Assembly: GCA_034430335.1 (NCBI GenBank)
Contig: DAOUES010000059.1
Location: 1-63,199, forward strand
Direction: 5' to 3'
Length of the DNA: 63,199 bases
DNA from: Anaerolineae bacterium
GTDB lineage: Bacteria; Chloroflexota; Anaerolineae; Aggregatilineales; UBA3940
The position numbers and the translations under genes were made by a program. The notes below the pieces were generated by a model. It had not been told where the DNA came from and ran no database searches. It saw nothing but the letters and a program-made list of their open reading frames with translations. Positions 9,916 to 17,512 of the stretch are shown in pieces (position 1 is the first letter of the stretch; each line of letters starts with the position of its first letter).

Positions 9916-10236
9916 TTGAGTATGCAGTCGATATTATTGTGGCCTCCTGTCGCATTTTTGATTTATGCCGGGCTGGTCGGCCTGATCTCACTGGCCGGGC
10001 GGAACCTGTCTGCTTCGAGCAAGGTATCGAAGGCAAAAGCGGCGGTCTATTCCAGCGGGGAACTGCCCCCGGTTCATGCCGCTGCCCCTGGCTATCGCCC
10101 GTTTTTCGTGACCGCCCTGTTCTTCGCCATCGTCCACCTGGGGATACTGGTCGCCGGAAGCGGCGGCATCTCGCCGATGGTCGGCTTTTACATGCTGGGG
10201 CTGGTGCTGGCCTTGATCGCCCTGATTCTAGGGTGA
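9916..10236 (+). CDS. NuoA-like (ND3-type) small membrane subunit, divergent
   Basis: 106 aa. TM1, loop, TM2-3 layout. VYSSGE...RPFFVTALFFAIVHLGILV aligns to NuoA YE(S/C)G...FY.VA..F..FDVE. The start could instead be ATG 9922. Confidence 0.55.
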   Translation: MSMQSILLWPPVAFLIYAGLVGLISLAGRNLSASSKVSKAKAAVYSSGELPPVHAAAPGYRPFFVTALFFAIVHLGILVAGSGGISPMVGFYMLGLVLALIALILG

Positions 10237-10255
10237 TCTGAGAATAGGTTCGATA

Positions 10256-11179
10256 ATGGATATTTTTAAGCAGATTGTCACGCTAATATTATTCCCCGGC
10301 GGACTGTTCCTGTTTGTGTTAGGGCTTGTTTATACCTGGATCAACCGCAAACTGATCGCACGCCTGCAAAACCGGGTCGGGCCGCGCTGGTTCCAACCCC
10401 TGGCCGATATCGTCAAACTGCTGACTAAAGAGGAGATCGTCCCCGGCGAGGGAAACGCGGTGCTTTTCATCGGCCTGCCGATTGTCGCCCTGGCCGGTGT
10501 GCTGACCGCTGCATTGTACGTGCCGATTGCCGGACTGCCGCCCGCGTTCAGCTTCCCCGGCGATCTGATCGCCGCGCTGTATCTCCTCGGCCTGCTGACT
10601 CTCTGCACCGGACTGGCCGGGACCAATCCGCCCGGACGCTATTCACTGGTAGGCGTCACCCGCACGCTGACGCAGTTCTTTTCTTACGAAGCGCCCTTCC
10701 TGCTGGCGCTGATCGGCCCGGCGATTGTCACCCAGAGCTGGCAGATTGGGGAGATCGTCGCCTCGACCGGAGGGCGCTGGTTGGCGCTGACCCAGCCGAT
10801 CACGTTCGTCATCGCGCTGGTCGCCTTGATGGGTAAACTGGAGATGCCGCCCTTCGACGCGCCGGAAGCCGAGACTGAGATCGTCGCCGGGGCCTTGACC
10901 GAGTACAGCGGGCGCGGGCTGGCCCTGTTCTACCTGGGGCGCAATGTCGAGCTGGTGGTCGGCCTGGCGCTGATCGCCGCGCTGTACCTGGGCGGGTTCG
11001 CCAATCCGCTGGCTTTCTTCGCCAAAACGCTGGCGCTGCTCGTCTTGATCGCATTTATCGAGGTGCTGGTCACCCGGCTACGCATCGACCAGACGGTGGG
11101 GCTGTGGTGGCGCTACGGGACGCTGCTGGCGGTCATCCAGTTGGCCGTCACCGTCTTCGGGCGGAGTTTTTTCTCCTGA
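10256..11179 (+). CDS. NuoH / HycD / MbhM-family membrane subunit
   Basis: 307 aa. N-terminal RKLIARLQNRVGPRWFQPLADIVKLLTKEEIVP is the family signature. It lacks the NuoH-type N.VGPFG insertion and so looks more like the group-4 hydrogenase type. Confidence 0.85.
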   Translation: MDIFKQIVTLILFPGGLFLFVLGLVYTWINRKLIARLQNRVGPRWFQPLADIVKLLTKEEIVPGEGNAVLFIGLPIVALAGVLTAALYVPIAGLPPAFSFPGDLIAALYLLGLLTLCTGLAGTNPPGRYSLVGVTRTLTQFFSYEAPFLLALIGPAIVTQSWQIGEIVASTGGRWLALTQPITFVIALVALMGKLEMPPFDAPEAETEIVAGALTEYSGRGLALFYLGRNVELVVGLALIAALYLGGFANPLAFFAKTLALLVLIAFIEVLVTRLRIDQTVGLWWRYGTLLAVIQLAVTVFGRSFFS

Positions 11180-11256
11180 CAGTCTTTCTTTTCTACTGCT
11201 TTCTATGGTATCCTCGATTAATTCGAATTGAGAGATAACGTTCTGGAGTCCGGTGA

Positions 11257-11763
11257 ATGTCGAAGGAACCCTGGCAGGATAAGCTGCAATCAATCTTAAA
11301 ACCTGCAAGCCAGGAACAGCGCGCAAAAGTCGCGATTGTTGGCATTGGCAATACCCTGCAAGGGGACGACGCCGCCGGAGTCGAGGCGGCCCATGAGTTG
11401 AGCCTGCTGATCGACGACTGCGAGTATGTGATCGTGGTCAATGCGGGGTCGGCACCGGAAAACCTGACCGGGATGCTTCGGCGGTTCGACCCGGACTGGG
11501 TGCTGCTGATCGACGCGGCTGAGATGGACGAAGAACCGGGCACCCTGCGCTGGCTGGATTGGAACGAGACGGGCGGCATCAGCGCCTCCTCGCACACCCT
11601 GCCGCTGTCGATCCTGTCACGCTACCTGGTCGAAGAATTGCAGTGTAAAGTGGCGCTATTGGGCATCCAACCCCAGGCGCTTTCGTTCGGCGGCCCGCTT
11701 TCCGGCCCGGTGCAGCACGCGGTCGATCAGATTGTCGCGGAAATGTGCGCGCTGCTGGACTAG
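11257..11763 (+). CDS. hycI: HycI-type [NiFe]-hydrogenase maturation endopeptidase
   Basis: VAIVGIGNTLQGDDAAG, NAGSAPEN, LLIDAAEMDEEPG, SSHTLPLSIL and LLGIQPQ line up block-for-block with E. coli HycI (VGNSMMGDDGAG, GGSAPEN, IVDATDM, THNMPL, LGIQP). Confidence 0.85.
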   Translation: MSKEPWQDKLQSILKPASQEQRAKVAIVGIGNTLQGDDAAGVEAAHELSLLIDDCEYVIVVNAGSAPENLTGMLRRFDPDWVLLIDAAEMDEEPGTLRWLDWNETGGISASSHTLPLSILSRYLVEELQCKVALLGIQPQALSFGGPLSGPVQHAVDQIVAEMCALLD

Positions 11764-11783
11764 ATTGTTAACTTGTTTGACCC

Positions 11784-12863
11784 TTGCGAAAGGGCACCGC
11801 TATAATTCTCCCCGTTGTGAAACAGATCATCCGTATTCTCCAGTTAGCATTATTCGTCGTTCTGGTACTCAGCCTTGTGGCCTGTGATCAGTTGCAGCAG
11901 GGTTATTACCTGACGCCGGAAAACTACCCCGGCGTGGAGATCGATCCATCGACGCCCACCCTGATCCCGACGCCGCTCCCACCTACCGGTTCCACCGCCA
12001 CGCCGGTTTCGACGGTGCGCGCCGTTCCCACCGAAACACTGACCCCGCTCCCACCGCCAACCGAAACTGCACCCCCGGAGCCGACCCGGATCACCTGCCC
12101 TGACACAAAAGGCGTGATGGTATTCGATGCTTTCAGCAGTAGTTATACCGGTGGTATGGTCAATTACCGGGTTTATCTCCCACCCTGCTATGCCCTATCC
12201 GGGAAGCGCTTCCCGGTGCTGATCATGCTGCACGGCCTGGGCGTCGGTATGGACGATGCCCAATGGGACGAGATGGGTCTGGACGAAGCCGCCGACGCAG
12301 GCTTCGCCGATGGGTCACTTTCGCCATTGATCATCGTGATGCCCAACGGAAACGACGCCGGGCACGAAAGTTCCTACGGCGACTACCCAAAAATCCTGGT
12401 CGAGGAACTCATCCCGCGCATCGAGAGCCTGTACTGCACGCTGGATCATCCCACCGGCTGGGCGATTGGAGGCCTCTCACGCGGGGGGTATTGGGCCACC
12501 TGGATCGCTTTCTCGTATCCCGATCTTTTTTCACGCCTGGGCGGGCACAGTCCTTACTTCTTCGAACCGGAATCCAGCACGGAGAAGAATCCCAACAACC
12601 TGGTCGACGGTATACTCGGAATCGGGCACATGGCGATTTATTTCGATCACGGCAAACAGGATTATCCCCAGGTGTTGGAAGGCGTCGGCGAATTCGTCTC
12701 ACGCCTGCGCCGCCAGGGGATCGTGGTCGAATATGTCATCAACGAGCAGGGCGATCACACCGAGGCGTACTGGTCAGAGCATGTCGCCGACTACCTGGCG
12801 TTCTACACCGCCGAATGGCCGCGCGATCTCAACGACCTGCCTGCCTGTGACACAGAAGAGTGA
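11784..12863 (+). CDS. Secreted/lipoprotein esterase (putative-esterase alpha/beta-hydrolase family)
   Basis: Signal with LSLVAC lipobox, Pro/Thr linker, nucleophile-elbow-like GGLSRGGYWA, and blocks typical of enterochelin-esterase-like proteins (FPVLIMLHG). Confidence 0.7.
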   Translation: MRKGTAIILPVVKQIIRILQLALFVVLVLSLVACDQLQQGYYLTPENYPGVEIDPSTPTLIPTPLPPTGSTATPVSTVRAVPTETLTPLPPPTETAPPEPTRITCPDTKGVMVFDAFSSSYTGGMVNYRVYLPPCYALSGKRFPVLIMLHGLGVGMDDAQWDEMGLDEAADAGFADGSLSPLIIVMPNGNDAGHESSYGDYPKILVEELIPRIESLYCTLDHPTGWAIGGLSRGGYWATWIAFSYPDLFSRLGGHSPYFFEPESSTEKNPNNLVDGILGIGHMAIYFDHGKQDYPQVLEGVGEFVSRLRRQGIVVEYVINEQGDHTEAYWSEHVADYLAFYTAEWPRDLNDLPACDTEE

Positions 12864-12910
12864 TGCTTGTGTGGGGGGGAGATTGCCTGCTACACTAGAC
12901 GAAATGCTTT

Positions 12911-12949
12911 GTGCAGTTGGATCATCTCCCGGCGCTGAAGCACCGGGCT
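12911..12949 (+). repeat. Short copy of intergenic hairpin repeat (GTGCAGTTGGA ... CCGGCGCTGAAGCACCGGGCT)
   Basis: The 11-mer GTGCAGTTGGA and the 21-mer CCGGCGCTGAAGCACCGGGCT are both repeated at 15170-15230. The 21-mer folds as CCCGGCGC-TGAA-GCACCGGG with one mismatch. Confidence 0.6.
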
Positions 12950-13057
12950 AAAATAGATCGGTTGACCGATGGGCGCACACGGACCTGTATATTGGATTTC
13001 AAGAATCGGGTTTACGGGATACCAGGTGACCGCCTCTTGATCACAGCATGGAAACAA

Positions 13058-14278
13058 ATGACCAAACGATTGTATTATGACGATGCTTATACGACAGCGT
13101 TCGAGGCCAGGATTATCGAACGGCTGACTATTGACGGTCAACCTGCGGTCGTTCTCGACCAGACCTATTTTTACCCGGAAGGGGGCGGCCAGCCCGCCGA
13201 CCGGGGGTCGATTGTGGAGGTCGAGGTTCTTGACGTTTTTACCCGTGAGGACGATAACGAGGTCGTCCATGTGCTGGGCGAGGAAATCTCCGACGATGCC
13301 GTCGCCTGCCGGATCGATTGGCCGCGCCGGTTCGATCACATGCAGCATCACACCGGGCAGCACATTCTCACCCAGGCGTTCGTTCAACTGATCGGGGCGA
13401 ATACGATTGGGTTCCACCTCGGCGCGGAAGTGGTCAGCATCGACCTGGATACCCCGCAGATCGATCCTGCTGATTTAGTAGCCGTCGAAGAACTTACCAA
13501 CCAGGTGATCTTCGAAGATCGACCGGTCGCCGTGCGGGTGATCGACCCGGATGAGGCCGACAACGTGCGCGTGCGGAAGATGCCCGATCACCTCTCGACC
13601 GGTGGGCTGCGCGTGGTCGAGGTCGAAGGGTTCGACGCGACGGCCTGCGGCGGCACCCATGTTGCGCGGACGGGCGAGATCGGCTTATTGAAGATCATCC
13701 GGCTGGAAAAACACGGTGACGAAACCCATGTCGAGTTTCTGTGCGGCAACCGGGCGCTACGAGATTACCGGCAAAAGCACGCGATCCTCGGTGACCTCTC
13801 GGCCAGCCTGACCTGCGGCTACTGGGAAATCGACAGGGCCATCGAGCGGCTGCAAAGCGATCTGAAAGAGACGCGGCGCGAATTGAAATCGGCCAGCAAG
13901 CAGTTGTTGACCTACGAAGTAGACCGGTTGGTAAACGAAACACAGCCCAACACCGGCGGCGTCCGGGTGATCAAGCTGGCATTCCCCGATGGGGACACGA
14001 GCGACATCCGTGCGCTCGCCAGCCGCCTGATCGGGGAGCCGGATACCGTCGTGTTGTTCGGCGTGCCGGGTGAGAAAGCGCAGGTGATCGCCGCCCGCAG
14101 TGGGAATCTTCCCCAGGATATGAACGTCGCGCTGAAAGCCGCGCTTGACGTGCTGGGCAGCGAACGCGGGGGAGGGCGGCCCGATTTCTGCCAGGGCGGT
14201 GGGGTGCCTGCGACCGAGGTACAGATCAACACTGCGTTGGATGCCGCTGAACAGTCGCTGTTTCCGGCAAACCGCTGA
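13058..14278 (+). CDS. alaX: AlaX-L type alanyl-tRNA editing protein (tRNA_SAD plus C-terminal DHHA1-like region)
   Basis: MTKRLYYDDAYTTAFEA...LDQTYFYPEGGGQP. Zinc motifs HTGQH and CGGTH. Start trimmed to ATG 13058 because the upstream ORF part runs through the intergenic repeat. Confidence 0.8.
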   Translation: MTKRLYYDDAYTTAFEARIIERLTIDGQPAVVLDQTYFYPEGGGQPADRGSIVEVEVLDVFTREDDNEVVHVLGEEISDDAVACRIDWPRRFDHMQHHTGQHILTQAFVQLIGANTIGFHLGAEVVSIDLDTPQIDPADLVAVEELTNQVIFEDRPVAVRVIDPDEADNVRVRKMPDHLSTGGLRVVEVEGFDATACGGTHVARTGEIGLLKIIRLEKHGDETHVEFLCGNRALRDYRQKHAILGDLSASLTCGYWEIDRAIERLQSDLKETRRELKSASKQLLTYEVDRLVNETQPNTGGVRVIKLAFPDGDTSDIRALASRLIGEPDTVVLFGVPGEKAQVIAARSGNLPQDMNVALKAALDVLGSERGGGRPDFCQGGGVPATEVQINTALDAAEQSLFPANR

Positions 14279-14293
14279 CGAGGGGATAGGCTA

Positions 14294-15157
14294 ATGGAAC
14301 AGATCACGCCAAACGTCTATATCGAAAATGGCTATCACTTTGTGACGGTCGGAGCAATCCTGACGGCGGATGGCTGGATCGGCATCGATACGCCCCCGCT
14401 GCCCAACGAGACTCGCGCCTGGCGGCAGGCTCTCCACGAAATCAGCCCGGTGCCGTTCCGCTATATCATTAACACCGACCACCACCGCGACCGTGTAATC
14501 GGCAATGCCTGGTTTGGCGCGCCTGCCGTAGCTCACCGGGCGAGCGCCCGTATTTTGCAGGAAATGGAACCGGGCGTTATCACGCAAGCGGCGATTGAAC
14601 TGGGTTTCGGTGACAGCGAGCGGGCAATGCTCTCTAATATAAAATTGGTTCCGCCTCAAATTGCCTTCAGTGACTCGCTCCACCTGGTCGGCGATGACTA
14701 CGACATCGAACTGGTCAGCAAGCCCAGCGCTTCACTGGGCAGCCTGTGGGTGATCCTGAAAAAGCAGAAAATCATTTTTGCCGGGGATTCGATTGTCGTT
14801 GGGCGGCACCCGTATATCCACGATGGCGCATCAAAAAGCTGGCTGGATATCCTGCGGCTGCTGCGTCTTGAACGTTATGACGGCTGGAAAGTCGTCTCCG
14901 GGCGAGATGGCCTGGTCGACCGGGCGGAGACTGCCCCGCTGTCCGACTACCTGCGGACGGCCCGCCGCCGGATGACGAGTATCTGCCGCGCGGATCGTTC
15001 GCGTTCGGAGATCGGGCAGCTAGTCCCGGAGTTCATGGAGTTGTTCCCATATTCGGCTGATGACCGGGAGCAGATTCAGCGGCGGGTGAAAGTCGGGCTT
15101 GAGGCGATCTACGAAGAACTGCACAGCCTGCCCGACGAGGCGGAACAGGAAGCGTAG
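14294..15157 (+). CDS. Metallo-beta-lactamase-fold protein
   Basis: HxHxDH-type motif INTDHHRDRV and a later GDS..VG.HPYI block. 287 aa. Confidence 0.75.
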   Translation: MEQITPNVYIENGYHFVTVGAILTADGWIGIDTPPLPNETRAWRQALHEISPVPFRYIINTDHHRDRVIGNAWFGAPAVAHRASARILQEMEPGVITQAAIELGFGDSERAMLSNIKLVPPQIAFSDSLHLVGDDYDIELVSKPSASLGSLWVILKKQKIIFAGDSIVVGRHPYIHDGASKSWLDILRLLRLERYDGWKVVSGRDGLVDRAETAPLSDYLRTARRRMTSICRADRSRSEIGQLVPEFMELFPYSADDREQIQRRVKVGLEAIYEELHSLPDEAEQEA

Positions 15158-15230
15158 AAGGCTCCACGGGTGCAGTTGGAACCAAGCGGTAAATCGCCAG
15201 GCTCCCGTACCGGCGCTGAAGCACCGGGCT
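15158..15230 (+). repeat. Intermediate copy of intergenic hairpin repeat
   Basis: GAAGGCTCCAC-GGGTGCAGTTGGA...CCCGTACCGGCGCTGAAGCACCGGGCT. It shares blocks with 12911-12949 on the same strand and with the minus strand of 48772-48822. Confidence 0.6.
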
Positions 15231-15325
15231 GATATCTTTTCCATCTCGTGAATGGTTTCGCTCTCTGTTAAACTCAGGTACAATGCACTGAGTTTGTCAT
15301 TCATCACATCATCAGATCAGGGAAA

Positions 15326-17464
15326 ATGACTACATCGGAATTGGAAGCGCTGGTCGGACATTTGTTTGTGGTTGGAGGGCGTGCTATCAGCGCGGCTTCT
15401 CCGGGTTCCGTTGCGATGCCTCCTCCACGCAGGGCGGCGCGGGGGCGTCATAACGATACCCTGTTTGGCCTGATCTCGTTGGGGGTGGGAGAACACCAGC
15501 CAGCCGCGTTCTATGAATCACTCGTCGAGGAACTGACATCGACCTATTTCAAAGCATCGGGGAGCGTCACCTCGGCCCTCCGCACGGCGATCCAGGCAGT
15601 GAACGAGTCGGTTCGAAGAATAAACGTGTCCCGCGCCGAGCCTCTGGCGGTTGGCCTTTCCTGTGCGATCATGCGTGAGCAGGAAGTCTATCTGGCGGTG
15701 GTTGGTGCCGCCCGCTGCTTCCTGGCAAGAGAAGGGTTTATCGAGCGTCTGCCCGACGACGAAGACCTGGATGAGCGAGTGGTCGGATTAGGCACCGGCC
15801 TGGAGCCGGATGTCCAGTTTTTCCGCCGCGAGATCAGGTCCGGTGATTTCCTGCTGCTGGCCGATTCTTCTTTCAACCGGCTCACCGATGCAACTTTTCA
15901 GCATGCCATCGCCGATGGCGAAGTCAACAGTGCTTTGAACAACCTGGCCGGGGTTGCCGGCCCGGTGAGTTCCGCCGAAGTGATCAAATTTGTCTCTCCA
16001 CTCACCGAGGGCGAAGAGGACACCGTCCCGGTTCCTGAGCGGAGGCCGGTTTCTCCCCTGCCGACTTTCTCTTCACCAGATGAGGCCGCGGTCCCTGCGC
16101 CAGCGCGATCCCGACCTGCCGGTATCGAATCAACATCGGCAGTAGAAAGACGTATCGTCGAGCATACACCGGCGGGCGATGCCAATGCGTTCCAGCGATT
16201 CCGCCACCGGCTGGCGATTGGATTATCCAACGTGATCAGCCGGTCGCGCACACTGGTCGAAAAGATGCTGCCCGAAGAGGAACCGGAATCGGAGTCTCAG
16301 GCGCTCTTTTCGACGCCGATGCAGATCGGCGTGGCGGTCGCCGTCGCGGTATTGGTTGCGCTGCTGACGACGGTCGTGTACCAGTGGCAGGGACAGAGTT
16401 CACAGTATGCTTCATGGGTGCGCTCGGCCAACGCCGAGATTCAACTGGCCCGCGAAGGCGGCTCCGATCAGGCCGAGGCGCGCCCACACTGGGAGGCGGC
16501 GGTTTACCTGCTCGACCAGGCATCCGAGATCAGGACACCGAGCAAGGAAATCCTGAGTCTGCGTGAGCAGGCCCTCGCTGCCCTCGATTCTTACGATCAC
16601 GTCACCCGCGTCGAGTTAACGCAGTTACGTGAATACAGCCCGGGCACCTATTTAAGAGGTCCAATTGTTCAGGGATTGAATCTCTACACCATTGATACCA
16701 CGCAGGATATCCTTTACCGCGAAGACCTGAGCGAAGATGGCACCAGCCTGGTGAACCATGAACCCCAGGTGGTCACCCGCCAGGGAGACGTAGTCAACAA
16801 CCAGGTCGTCGGCGGGTTGATCGACCTGAACTGGATCGAGGATGGGGGTGTCCAGCAGAAAAATGTGCTGGGCGTCCTCTCTCGCAACGGCCTGCTGATC
16901 ACCTATTCACCCAGTTGGGATGTTTCGGCCAGCCTGCTGCCGGGGTTCGAAGCCTGGGTCGAACCGCGTGCGTTTGTCATCTATGATCGGGACCTGTACG
17001 TGCTCGACGCCGGAGCGAATGAAATCTGGGTGTACAAGGCCGGGGCCGGGGCCTATTCCAGCGCCCCACAGCGCTACTTTACCGATGTCCTCCCCGAACT
17101 GGGTGACGCCATCGATATGGAGATCGACAGCAACGGCAACGTCTATGTGCTGCATACCGGTGGGCGGATCACCAAGTATTTCTTCGGGCAGCCGGAAACC
17201 TTTGTTTTCAGCGGCCTTCCCCAACCGCTTGCCCGCCCGACGGCAATGTTTCTCAACCTGAGCCTCTACGACCGGACACTGTATGTCGCCGACCCCGGCG
17301 GCGGGAGATTGTACGCGACGGCATCGAACGGCACTTTCCTGCTGAACTACAAAGATGCCAATGACACAGTCTTCGATACGCTGTCCGGTGTTTTCAGCCA
17401 GGATAGGCCGGAGTTCGTCTACCTGACTGCCGGAAATGGGCTGTATACCTTTCCGCGCCCCTGA
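15326..17464 (+). CDS. Membrane protein: N-terminal PPM/SpoIIE-like domain, one TM, C-terminal NHL-like beta-propeller
   Basis: PP2C-like core (LAVGLSCAIM..VYLAVVGAARCFL...GDFLLLADSSF). TM IGVAVAVAVLVALLTTVVY. C-terminal repeats LYVLDAGANEIWVY, NVYVLHTGGRITKY and LYVADPGGGRLYA. Confidence 0.7.
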   Translation: MTTSELEALVGHLFVVGGRAISAASPGSVAMPPPRRAARGRHNDTLFGLISLGVGEHQPAAFYESLVEELTSTYFKASGSVTSALRTAIQAVNESVRRINVSRAEPLAVGLSCAIMREQEVYLAVVGAARCFLAREGFIERLPDDEDLDERVVGLGTGLEPDVQFFRREIRSGDFLLLADSSFNRLTDATFQHAIADGEVNSALNNLAGVAGPVSSAEVIKFVSPLTEGEEDTVPVPERRPVSPLPTFSSPDEAAVPAPARSRPAGIESTSAVERRIVEHTPAGDANAFQRFRHRLAIGLSNVISRSRTLVEKMLPEEEPESESQALFSTPMQIGVAVAVAVLVALLTTVVYQWQGQSSQYASWVRSANAEIQLAREGGSDQAEARPHWEAAVYLLDQASEIRTPSKEILSLREQALAALDSYDHVTRVELTQLREYSPGTYLRGPIVQGLNLYTIDTTQDILYREDLSEDGTSLVNHEPQVVTRQGDVVNNQVVGGLIDLNWIEDGGVQQKNVLGVLSRNGLLITYSPSWDVSASLLPGFEAWVEPRAFVIYDRDLYVLDAGANEIWVYKAGAGAYSSAPQRYFTDVLPELGDAIDMEIDSNGNVYVLHTGGRITKYFFGQPETFVFSGLPQPLARPTAMFLNLSLYDRTLYVADPGGGRLYATASNGTFLLNYKDANDTVFDTLSGVFSQDRPEFVYLTAGNGLYTFPRP

Positions 17465-17512
17465 AGCCGTGCTATAATCCCGCCCCGCTGGATTGTAACC
17501 GATAAGAGTTAA

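Noticed and set aside
12864-13057. T-box leader upstream of alaX (CCAGGTGACCGCC resembles GGGTGGTACCGCG)
   Set aside because: The match is missing two bases. No specifier-loop or stem-I features, and no terminator/antiterminator alternative, could be drawn. The main conserved block of this spacer recurs downstream of the MBL gene, where a T-box makes no sense.
12911-15230. Integron attC sites / gene cassette (GTTGGAT resembles the GTTRRRY core)
   Set aside because: Only one of the three copies fits the core consensus. There is no integrase or attI, no imperfect-palindrome attC architecture with extrahelical bases that I could identify, and the unit holds two genes with their own spacing.
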